NCBI GenBank assembly: GCA_004431415.1
Contig: QPMI01000017.1
Span: 1 to 64,000 of the forward strand
Length of the DNA stretch: 64,000 bases
Source: Cyanophora paradoxa CCMP329
Lineage: Eukaryota; Plantae; Glaucophyta
Direction: 5' to 3'
In this document: piece after piece, positions 50,038 to 60,200 of the stretch
How the letters are laid out: every line of letters begins with the position of its first letter
Numbering within the stretch: the first letter of the stretch is position 1
Position numbers and translations under genes: made by a program
Notes under the pieces: generated by a model
The model's input: the letters and a program-made list of their open reading frames with translations, nothing else
Told to the model about the DNA's origin: nothing
The model's database searches: none

Positions 50038-50602
50038 TTCGAGGCGCGCGTGCCTCGCTGTACATTTCCTGGGTGTTTATTTCCTTCACGGTCCCTCTAG
50101 ATCTAGCTCGTAGTAGTCTGCTTAAAGTGTTATCGTATTGGCCGCAGTGCACGTGGTTGTACATAGCTTCGGTCCGTTGTTGCATAGAGCTTCGGTCCGT
50201 GGTTGCATAGATTTACTTATTGACGCCTGCTCGCGAGAATGAGTGTCGCGCCCGCCAGTTGTAGAGGTTCTGCTTTGCGAAGCTGCTGCTTCTTCGTTGC
50301 ATTCATCTTTTGAACTTTCTCATTTCTTCCCGTGTCGTGAGCACGATCTGGACCCCCGCTGCTGGGGTGCCTGCAGTCAGACGTTGTAGTCGTGGCGCGC
50401 CTATATAGCTAGCCCTGGCCATGGCCATGGGTCACGGATAGCGAGGCGCAGCGGTTGGGCTCGCCCCAAGCTTAAGACTCAGCCTTTCTTCGGTATCTCT
50501 CTATGCTTTATAAGATAATTCGCCGAGTGCTGCGGCGTCATGATCAGTTTCCATAATCAAGCGTATGCATTGCAGGCAGACCCGGCTGCAGCCGTCCAAC
50601 AT

Positions 50603-50762
50603 TCGAACCTATGTGAGCGTCAGCGTAGCATAGGGCAGTGTATGGCTGCCAAATAAAGGCAGCCTTGCTTACGCACATATGTACAAGGGGCGCACTTACA
50701 AGTTATAAGTGCGCCCCTGGGGTACAAGCCTCAGTCTTGCTTCGCAGCCAAGGCCTCTAAGC
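50603..50762 (+). repeat. Split direct repeat A1 (160 bp), identical to A2 at 52645-52804
   Basis: tcgaacctatgtgagc...caaggcctctaagc, compared base by base. Confidence 0.95.
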
Positions 50763-50769
50763 AGAGGTC

Positions 50770-51857
50770 ATGGCTCGCTCGCGGAGGAGCCCATCGTGGG
50801 CCCCTCTGTTCGTAGTCGTCTTGACCATCATTCTGCTCGTCGCCTGTGCCGAGGCGGCGCAGAAACGCAAGTCAACGGCCACTGGTGCGCGCAAGTCGGC
50901 CAAACCCAAGACGGCGACGACCCCGCGCCCCAGGCCCGGAGGTCGTCATCTCGTCTTCAAGCTCCGGCCAACGACAGTGCGGAGGAGGAGCAGCCTGCAC
51001 CTCCGCCGACGCGATCTCGCAAAGGCAAGGAGAAAGCCGTGTCGCCGGATCCGGACCAGCAGCAGTCCGACCCAGAAGATGAACCTGAGGACGACGTTGC
51101 CGTTAGACTGGCACAGCGTGAGCAGTTCGGTGGCGCCTACGACGAGGAAGAGCAAGTGGCTGCGCGCAACTTTCCGAACTTGGCGCAAGTGGATCCGGGC
51201 GCGGCTGGCCCGTCAACCGGCTTCACCCGTCACCTTCAAGGCCCTTATGCTGTACCCGCTGGCAACTCGACTGCCCCAACGTCGACCAAACCGGCAGCGG
51301 GTGCGCTTCCGCCAGCGTGGGCTGAGCTACTTCAGCGTGGGATAGATAGCGCGGTCATCAAGCTTCAAGAGCAGCAGCAGCAGCAGCTCGGCGAGCAGCA
51401 GAAAGACAACCATGAGGCTATGCAGCTCAAAAACCCGTGGCTTCGTGAGCTTGCCCTGCAGCTATCGCAGCTTAAGTTTCAGCTCAAGAGATGCTCTTCG
51501 TGCACTGCGTGCTACGATCACGTAAAGCAGAGCCTCAAAATCCTCGACGAGCTCCGGAAGCGGATCGACATTCGCGACAAGGGCGGCGACAAGCTTGCCG
51601 AGCGGCTGGCAGGTGTGCCAGAGGAGTATCGGGGCACGGCTGCGGCGCTGGCGCACGCGCTCAACATTGCTGGCCCGGAGGCCGCCGGCGGGCGCCCGTA
51701 TGTGCAGCACGCCAACCCGCGGCCCCAGCACCAGGGCCGCGATCGCCCGCCGTCGCAGCGCAACAGCGGGATGTGTTTCCGCTGCAACAAGCCCGGGCAT
51801 GTCGTGAAGGATTGCCCGAACGAGCCGCGCCCCGGCTGGCGCGACCCCCCCAAGTAG
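50770..51857 (+). CDS. Gag-like protein with a C-terminal CCHC zinc knuckle
   Basis: CFRCNKPGHVVKDC. The long frame lacks an early ATG; the ATG at 50770 joins it through one missing base (about 50921-50924) or through splicing. Confidence 0.8.
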
Positions 51858-52583
51858 ACGTGCGCGCCCTTGTGTGGACGCGCAGTTTTCGTTTCGCATT
51901 TCGCTAGATACTAGTGTTTCGGTGTGTTTCTTGCAAGCATAAGTATTGCTAGCATATGCAAGTGCAGTCTTCAGAAGATCTAGAGTGTGCGTGTATGCGT
52001 CCCTAAACATGCAATACATGTATTATGCTTCCATTTCATGTGATGGTGTGGCCGGGTGCGGCATTGTGGCCGGGTGCGGCATAGTCATTACCAGCCGTGG
52101 TGGCGCCGGCGTGCTGTGGCTTTATGCATTGGTCCTGTGTGCATTTGCATGTGTTAACACTGTGAAGTGTGACTGTGATTGTAGTCTACTTTTCTTTTCA
52201 ATGCTAGTGGCATATATTGCCGTCTGGATGACTCCAACCTGGCAGAGCCCCAGCTGACTCCCGGCAACTGACCTGTTTCCAGCACAGGTCAGGAGTGCTG
52301 CTGGCTGTCGAGCTCCTGGCCCCTCCGGCCTTCCCGTGTGTCGCTATCGCATACTGGGCGCTCTGAAATTAACCTAGTGCATTTTGCAGGTGAGGAGTAC
52401 ACAAGGGTACGAAGATTCCATGATGCCAACTGTTCCCGCTGATATCGCAGGTTGGCGCATTCATCCAGAAAGTCCATGCCTGTGCAAATGTGTTGTGGCA
52501 CCGTGGGTGCATTGTGGCACTGTGTGTGCATGTGAGCTCAAGACTTGAACCAACAAGCACATTGACACGCTCACTCTTATATT

Positions 52584-52804
52584 CTTCATGACAAGACATG
52601 TTGTGCTTAGCTTGCTGTAAGCAAGGCTGCCGTGGCAGCCATACTCGAACCTATGTGAGCGTCAGCGTAGCATAGGGCAGTGTATGGCTGCCAAATAAAG
52701 GCAGCCTTGCTTACGCACATATGTACAAGGGGCGCACTTACAAGTTATAAGTGCGCCCCTGGGGTACAAGCCTCAGTCTTGCTTCGCAGCCAAGGCCTCT
52801 AAGC
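52584..52804 (+). repeat. Internal B1-A2 junction (B 63 bp, A 160 bp, sharing TC at 52645-52646)
   Basis: B1 (52584-52646) is identical to B2 (56404-56466) and runs directly into A2. Confidence 0.95.
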
Positions 52805-52873
52805 TTCTTCCCGTTCGCGTGTCACCATCTTCAAGCCAGCGGCTGCATGGACCATCAGCTGTAGCAGTGCTAG

Positions 52874-54837
52874 ATGGGCACCGCGATAATTGGGCATGTC
52901 TGCCAATGCAAGGCCTCACCTCACTTTGCAGGAGGCTTTGTTGCATCCTGCATTCAAGCTGCAGTCCAACAGTGGAGAGCGATTGGAGCCAATGATGTCG
53001 TGCTCAACTGGATCTTGCGTGGTTTCCCTTTGTCAGGAGCGAGGCGGCTGCCAGCAGAGCGCCGGGCCAACCACAAGTCTGCGGCTGTGGACCATCAGGA
53101 CTTTGTGAGAACCGAAATTCAGAAGCTTTTGCGCACGGGAGCGATCAGAGAAGTTGAAGAAGCTCAAGTGAACATTGTCTGCTCACTGTCCGTGGTGCCC
53201 AAGAAGACTGGATCCAAGTTGCGGCTCATCTGGGATGGCCGGCCTACCAATAAAGGCCTTCCGGACATCCCTTCAAGTATGAGACTCTTGAGCATGTCGC
53301 AGCCATGCTGCGCCAAGGCTGGTACATGTTCACTATTGACCTTGAATCTGGATACCACCACGTGCCAGTCTCACCGCAAGACTGGCGGAACATGGGCTTT
53401 GAGTTTGACAGCAAATTCTATGTGTACACAGTTTTGCCCTTCGGCCTCAAGCACTCACCGTTTGCATTCGTCAAGATCATGCGACAAGTGGTCAACTACT
53501 TCCGCCGCTTTGGCATCTTCGTGGTGAACTATGTTGACGACTGGTGGTTTGCTGCTCCAACCTACGAGAAGGCCTGTGAATTGCGGGATTTCGTCCTCAA
53601 AACATTTGCTGCCCTCAAGCTTGTGGTCAACAGCAAATCTGAGCTCACCCCAGCACAGTCGGTGGCTTTCTTGGGCTTCATAGTGGACTCCGCCCGCATG
53701 TTGTTTGAAGTACCCCAAGACAAGCTTGGTCGTCTGCTTGCTTTGATCAAAGGGCTTCTGAAGAAAAAGAAATCAGCATCTGCACGTGAAATGGCCAAGG
53801 TCGCCGGCACCCTTGTGTCCATGGCACGGGGCTTGGCTCCAGCTCGCATCAAGACCAGGTCCCTCTTTCGATACATCAATGTCGTGGCAAGAGAATGGCA
53901 TTGGAATCATCCAGTGGAGCTCACCAATGAGACTCGTCGGGAACTTGAGTGGTGGCTGGCCAACATCCACCGATACAATGGCCGCTGCCCTATTCGGCCT
54001 GAAAGGCTCCTTGTGTTGACTACGGATGCAAGCCATGTTGGTGCAGGAGCCTGGATCACTACCCGAATTGGTGATGCTCAACCTGTGGCTTGGGAGCTTG
54101 AGCCTGCCCCATTCCAGTGCCTGTGGAACCAAGAAGAAGCTCAGCAAATTTCGTCGTGGCGCGAGTTAATGGCAGTGCTTCGCGCTATGCAGCACTATCA
54201 AGGTTTATTGCGCAATCAGAACATCTTAGTTCGCTCGGACAACACAGTGACTGTGGCCTACATCAACAATGGTGGCGGAAGACATGAATACCTTTGCCGA
54301 GTTGCAGCAGCAATTTGGGATATTGCTCTGCTCAATTGCATCAGCATTGAAGCAGAACACATTCCTGGTGTTGACAATGAGTGGTCCGATGCTTTGAGTC
54401 GCTACTTTTACCCCGCCGACTACTCTTTGAAACCTGGGTATTTTGCCATGGTCAGTCGGACATTTGGACCTTTTGATATTGATCGTATGGCCTCATCAGC
54501 CAACACTCACCTAAATCGATACTTTTCCATTGATTTGAATGATCGACATGCTGAAGGATATGATTGCTTTACAGCAACCTGGCGTGGTGCTCGTAATTAC
54601 GTCTTTCCGGACCCAAATGTCCTCTTGCACCTTGTGTCACATGTCCGCCAGTGTAGGGCCTCGGCAGTTTTTATTGTCCCTCAGTGGCCCTCAGCTCCAT
54701 GGTGGCCACAGTTGCAGCTTGCCTTGCGTGCACCTGCAATGGTGCTCGGCCCAGCATATGACGTGTGCTATCGCGGGCCTCGCTCGGCACAGTTACCTTC
54801 CTGGATTCTTGTTGCTCTTTATGTGTCGTGGGAGTAG
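52874..54837 (+). CDS. Pol: reverse transcriptase, RNase H and DNA adenine-methyltransferase-like domain (one -1 frameshift at about 53270)
   Basis: RT: VVPKK..KLRLIWD, IDLESGYHH, LPFGLKHSP, YVDD. RNase H: TTDAS, WRELMAV, RSDN, HIPGVDNEWSDALSR. MT-like: GPFDIDRMAS..N, DCF..TW, YVFP, VPQWPSAPWWP. Adding one C at CCC 53269-53271 restores PFKYETL and a 654-aa ORF. Confidence 0.92.
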
Positions 54838-54993
54838 ATTGAAGGCTCTTGCTGCAGAATTCAACTCCTGCTCATCTCTGCTCAGCTTACTTTGTCCAGC
54901 AACAGGGATAGAAAGCTTGAGTGGGGGGCTTTAAAAAGAAGAAGAAGAAATGTAGTCTGACATACCCTTGACTCTGGTGATGCAGGTGCTTGT

Positions 54994-55995
54994 ATGGCTG
55001 ATCTGCTCAACCGGGTCACTTTCTACAGAACAAACTCTGTGAGCGAGCGAACCCAAAGCCTCTACGCCCGCTGGGTCGTCCTCTATGAAGGCCATTGCGC
55101 GGTTCACTGCATTCCAGCCTGGCCACCAACAGCTTCTGGCGTCGCAACACTGCTGGTGGCTCTTGCTGATGAAGAGTACGGTCTCTCAGCAATTGACCAG
55201 TGTCACTCTGCTCTGCTACATCAGACAAGGCAGAGGATGTTGCCTACTACTGCATTTGCTCACCCCCTTGTGCTGCAAACATTGCAAGGAATCGCCCGAC
55301 TTTGTGGAAAACCAGCAAAGCAATCTGCATTGGTCACGTCCGTCCACCTGGAGGCGATTGCTCGTACCTACGCTCGTTCCCCCTCAAACAAGCTCCTTCG
55401 CGCCCTTGTGATGTTGCTTACCGGTTTCTTTGGCCTGTTGCGGCGTGGCGAAATCGTGGCACTCCGGCGGCAAGATGTGTCCATCCGCGCGGATCGCGTC
55501 GTGCTCTTCATTGCCGGTTCCAAGACCGATCGTCGTCGCCAAGGCGCGCAAGTTGTCTTGGGCGCCGTCCCAGAGTCGGTCATCTGTCCGGTGTTCTGGT
55601 TTCGAACCTACTTGCGGACTGTAGCGCTCGCGGCTCCGGGCGCACCTCTTTTTGGGCAGCTTCGGGACGCAGCTCGTTCTCTGTCAGCTCAGACCGTGGC
55701 CTATGTTCTCCGGTTCGCATTTGACGCGGCGGGCTTGGACGCCACTGGTATCACACCTCATGGCTTGCGTCGCGGTGGAGCTACTGCTCTGGCTGCGGCG
55801 GGCGTGCCTGAAGAGCTTGTTCAAGCGGTTGGTCGCTGGTCTTTGTTGTCAGCGGTCTACCGACGCTATATCGATTCTGCTGAGCGCCCGCCCTTGGCTG
55901 CGCTCATGGCTAGGCCTGGTGCTCGTTACGCTGGCCCGTCAGCTTCGCTGCAGTCATGTCGGCAGCAAGTCGCGCGTACTCGGCGCAGTAGTTGA
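54994..55995 (+). CDS. Tyrosine recombinase (integrase) of the retrotransposon
   Basis: Catalytic set R (LLRRGE), K (SKTD), H-x-x-R (HGLRRGG), W (GRW), Y (YRRYI). Confidence 0.93.
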   Translation: MADLLNRVTFYRTNSVSERTQSLYARWVVLYEGHCAVHCIPAWPPTASGVATLLVALADEEYGLSAIDQCHSALLHQTRQRMLPTTAFAHPLVLQTLQGIARLCGKPAKQSALVTSVHLEAIARTYARSPSNKLLRALVMLLTGFFGLLRRGEIVALRRQDVSIRADRVVLFIAGSKTDRRRQGAQVVLGAVPESVICPVFWFRTYLRTVALAAPGAPLFGQLRDAARSLSAQTVAYVLRFAFDAAGLDATGITPHGLRRGGATALAAAGVPEELVQAVGRWSLLSAVYRRYIDSAERPPLAALMARPGARYAGPSASLQSCRQQVARTRRSS

Positions 55996-56403
55996 TTGTC
56001 TAGTCTTAGAGTCTTGCTTCGCAGTTGTGCGCCTTTGCTGTGCTGTCGGCGCTTGTCTCCCTCGCTCACAAGCGAGGGCAAGCTGTGTAACTTGCTGAGC
56101 GGCTTGTTCCCTAGCCGCTCGAGCGGCTTTGCTTAGCCGCTTTCAATGTGTGTTAGCAATGCCCATTGTTTACTATGCCTTCAGTCATCTTTAAGCCATT
56201 GTTAGTGCCAACCATTGATATCTTTTGATGAATAATTGATCAACAATTGATCACTAATGTTCAATCATTCTACGTCCGCAAGACTCACTCTGCAGCGTGC
56301 GCTAGCTGATGTCCTCGAGCGCAGTTGCAGCTTGCCCTTCTTGTGAGCGAGCGAGTCATGATCTTAGCTTCGCGGCTTTGGCAAGCGCGAATCTAGACCT
56401 TCA

Positions 56404-56466
56404 CTTCATGACAAGACATGTTGTGCTTAGCTTGCTGTAAGCAAGGCTGCCGTGGCAGCCATACTC
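56404..56466 (+). repeat. Split direct repeat B2 (right terminus)
   Basis: cttcatgacaagacatg...ggcagccatactc, identical to 52584-52646. Confidence 0.95.
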
Positions 56467-57299
56467 AGCTATATAGAGCTAGCTCGAGCTTCCTCGTGCT
56501 CGTTCATGTCGACATCGTGCAATGTTTTGCAAGTGAGGTGATCTTACTTGTCACTTTAATTTGGAGTCTTTAACTCAGTGTTTCAGTTAGGTCAAGTAAG
56601 GCATTTCAAGTGACGGAGTATTTGTGATCGCGTGCAGTACGTGCAGCCTCACCACCGGTACCGTTCTAGATCTGGCAGAATCGAGTTTCGAGCCTTCAAA
56701 ATGTGTCTTGTGAATTTGTGCCTCGAACGCCTTCTTGTGAACTTGTGCCGGCGTCTGGCCTGGATAATTAAGAGGATGGATTCAATAATTGTGTTCATTC
56801 CAGGCCAATTAATATTCGGCGTCTCAGCTGCACGGATCAATAACTACGATTGGTTTCACGCGTAAGCTTGGGGTTGACGTCTGATATGCAGCTTGCAATT
56901 GCAATTGTACGCCGTGTCGGCGTCACTTAAGCTTATACGTCTCATGTTGATGATATCGACCACAATATGTACACCGCCAAGAGTGACTGCAGCGCTAGCG
57001 CCCAAACCGGCGCTACAAGCTCGAGCTGACCTCCATTGCGCATGCAGTTCCGATATCGATGGCGCGCGCCTGATCATGAGCATCCTACGTATACTTCACG
57101 TGCACCGTGGCACGTCGCCTAACTTTGCTTGCATGCGCATGTACGCATGTCTAGCACGTGCACGTCGTGGGGCCGGGGGCGACCTTGTGCGCGAAAAGCG
57201 CCCCTGCGCGAAACGTTTTCGCGAGCGTGAGAAGAGCGCGAAGAAGGGTCGCAAAAATTCAACGTGGAAGAGTGAATTCGCAGGCGCTGGCGCCCGGTC

Positions 57300-60200
57300 G
57301 CACCGCCGTTGAAGCCGAAGCTGTACTCGTTGGCCTGGACTGCCCACATGGCGTAGAGGACGCCGTTCTTGCTGTCGCCGGCCATGCCCACGCGGGGCCG
57401 GACGTACGGCGGGGTGGATGCGGCGGGGTTCGCGGGATCGAACGGCGGCAGCAGGCGGATCGACTCGCCCGGGACGCGGTTGCCGTCGCTGCTCAAGACA
57501 CGCTTGTTCAGAATTTGGACAGAAAGAGCTGAGCATGTAGGGTTAACGTTCGAGCAAATTTAAAGCACCTGTCAAAGGCGACGATGCCGGTCTGGTCCTC
57601 GAGGCTTGTCGTGTTGCCGAAGGGAGCCGCATAAAGGCGCCAGAAGCTGGTACCAATTAAAACAATGTTACAAGAGAGCGTCGACGTCGGAGGCGGAGCG
57701 CATAAGCATGCGGGGGGGAAGAGGCGGACCCGGCCTTCGAATTTGCTACGACGCCGAGGCCCTTGAAGAAACCGCCGGTCTGCGCATGCGAGAGCGCGCG
57801 ATCGCGGGCTCGGGGTTCGGCGTCGAGGCGGCTGCATGCGCAGCTGCGGCTGCATGAGGCGGCGGACCGTGCCCGGGCTGCCCAGCAGCTCCTCGTCGGA
57901 GAAGAAGGTGATCGTGTTGCTCAGAAGGTCCACCTTGACGAGCTTCGTCGCGGCCGGGCCCGGGCGCGCGGAGGCGACGATCTTGGGGACCTTGAAGCAG
58001 TTGGAGTAGAAGGCGAGGCGCGAGCCGTCCTCGGCCTCGTCGAGGTCGTAGGCCTGCTGCGGCGGCTCGCCCCAGAAGTCGAAGGTGCAGCCCTCGAGCG
58101 TCTCAGCGGTGGTGACGTCCATGACGAGCTTTGCGCCCTCGACGTCGACGCCTTTCGCGGTCACCTTTGCCGCGTAAACGCGGATGCGGGAGCCGGCAGG
58201 ACTGGGCGCGGGCATTTCGTTCTGATCATGAGGCACAAATTCAAAGAATCTTGAATGAGTGCGGAGCTTTGTACATGTGCTCGAATAATTTGAGCACCTC
58301 AGGATCGTGTGTGGAAATTGCCCAGTAGAGGTTTTCCTGTCGCTTGGAGAACCACACGTGGCTGCAATTGCAAAACGGTCGAGAGCCTAAATTAAACCCA
58401 CGCTTGTTGCAAATTGGAATTGATGCTGATTTTACGTACTTGATGTGGACGAAGGGGCTGAGGAAGGAGAAGCCCTGGATTTTCGTGACGGGGTTGGACT
58501 CGTTGAACGACAGGCGGAGGATGGTCGAAACACGGCCCGAGTTCAGCTCCACTTGACGGATGGCGAGGTTGCGCTGCATGGGTCGACATTGCCACAGGTG
58601 ATTTCGAGGTAATTGCGTAGGATATGAAATGGTGTGCAGCCGCGCACGTAGTCAACGAGGAAGACGCGCGGATTGCTGCCCCTCGCGGCGTCTCCGGTCG
58701 TCAAGGCCGAAATCAGCCTGCATTCGGTCGTCAAGGCGGATCCGGTCCGGAATTGGTGTTCTCTAAAATTTCGAATTCGGCTTTGAATTTGAAGCTCAAA
58801 ATCGGTCGACGTCATCGGATATCGATCTTGCAAGCGACCGTCGGACGGCGCACATGAACTTAGCCTGCGTGCCGACGCCGTCGGCGTATCCGAGGTTGTC
58901 CCCGTTCGTCGCGTAGCGCCCGGCGATCAGCTTCGAGGAGCACTCGCCGTCCACCTGGAACAGGCCGCTGGCAAGCGCGCGTGTCGTCGCGATCAGCACA
59001 TAGTTGATTCTTTAATTTAGAATGGAAGAGGCTTGATCGTGATCATGACCATATGCATGAGAGCATGCGCATGCGCACCCATATGTGGCGACGAAAACCT
59101 TCTTGGTCAAGTGCGAGTAGTGCATTGCTGTGAAATTAAATCGCCGAAGCATGAATATTAATATTAATTATAATGTTCATGATCAATGAAACATTTCAAC
59201 TGCGGCGGTTCAGGAAAGATTTTCGCACAGTATTGCAGGCCGAAAGTCGCGCGGTATCCTTTCCCGTCATTGCTCAGAGCCTCCAAACCCGCCTCGATGT
59301 AATTGAAGGCGCTCTTGCCAGCACAGTAGCGTGTCTCTCCGATCGCCAAGCTGCGCAAATCAATTGCAAAGTTGAACGTTTACTTCCTTTCAAACAGTGC
59401 TCGCGATTTCTTTCTTTCGCCAATTTGATTTGATACCTTGCCGGAATTGCGGGCGCGTTGCCCGCGTCCGCCGCGCACTGCAGACCTTCGCAGCCGTCAA
59501 AGCCCTTGACGCGGTGCACGAATAGGTAGCCCCTGTCGTACTGCGGCACTTCGCTGTACACTGATTGCAAATTCAGAGTGAGAATATTAACCGACGTGCA
59601 TATGAACGGTTCGGAGCAGTACTATAGCTAGTCAGGATTGATTGCAAGCGCAAGCGCGCAACGGGCGCACGGAGCCAGCCGGCGTAGAGCTCGCGCCTGG
59701 CGGAGTCGTACGCGAGGCCGTAGGCGGCCTTCATGGTGGGGATGGGCGCCTGGATCGCCAGGTTCTCGTTCGCGACCGCCGCCCGCGGCCGACCATGGCC
59801 ACCGGTACCGGCGCCGCGCCTGGCGCTCCCGGCGCGGCTGCCGTCCCTGGTCGCGCATCGTCATTAGATAAACCTTCAACGGTCGCACGCGCATCTGTTT
59901 TTGAGTATCGCACTTGTAGAAGGGGACGATGCTGCTCGTGTCGAACGGCGGCAGGTCCGCAGCCACAATGCTCGCATAAAGGCGCCACGCGTTGGAGGGG
60001 AAGGTCGCCAGGCTGCTCACGATGGACACTCGTATCAATCACTCGCATCATCAGAAATTATTTATTTCGATGTAATGGAATCTGATTTCTAGAGCGCGTC
60101 GCGGTGCGGGTTCGGGGCGCACCAGGAGCTCGAGGGGGTGCCCGCGACGACGGCGAGGCCGTTGATGCCGCGGGCGGGCACGCAGGCGAACTGCTTGACA

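Larger units (their letters stand above)
50603..56466 (+). mobile_element. Tyrosine-recombinase retrotransposon (DIRS order, PAT-like, split direct repeats), apparently full length and recent
   Basis: Encodes gag (CCHC), RT-RNaseH-methyltransferase-like and a tyrosine recombinase. Bounded by split direct repeats in the order A1-gag-B1A2-pol-YR-B2, identical between copies by eye. GC is sharply lower than in host genes. No target-site duplication beyond a shared TC. Confidence 0.95.

Noticed and set aside
1-50100. Hundreds of long overlapping R/G/P/A-rich ORFs in the six-frame track
   Set aside because: Expected from very high GC (few stop codons). They are antisense or off-frame shadows of intron-containing genes.
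51946-52583. Hydrophobic 103-aa ORF and Cys-rich fragments between gag and B1, as a possible env-like or accessory gene
   Set aside because: TG-rich UTR-like sequence readily gives Cys/Val/Leu-rich translations, the start is non-ATG and no motif is present. Needs conservation data.
52584-52804. Self-cleaving ribozyme or CRISPR-like array in the element repeats
   Set aside because: No hammerhead (CUGANGA/GAAA) or other recognisable ribozyme core, and only two copies of each repeat with no spacer array.
53260-53280. Programmed -1 ribosomal frameshift in pol
   Set aside because: No XXXYYYZ slippery heptamer, and the break is inside the RT domain at a C run. A sequencing deletion or private mutation is more likely.
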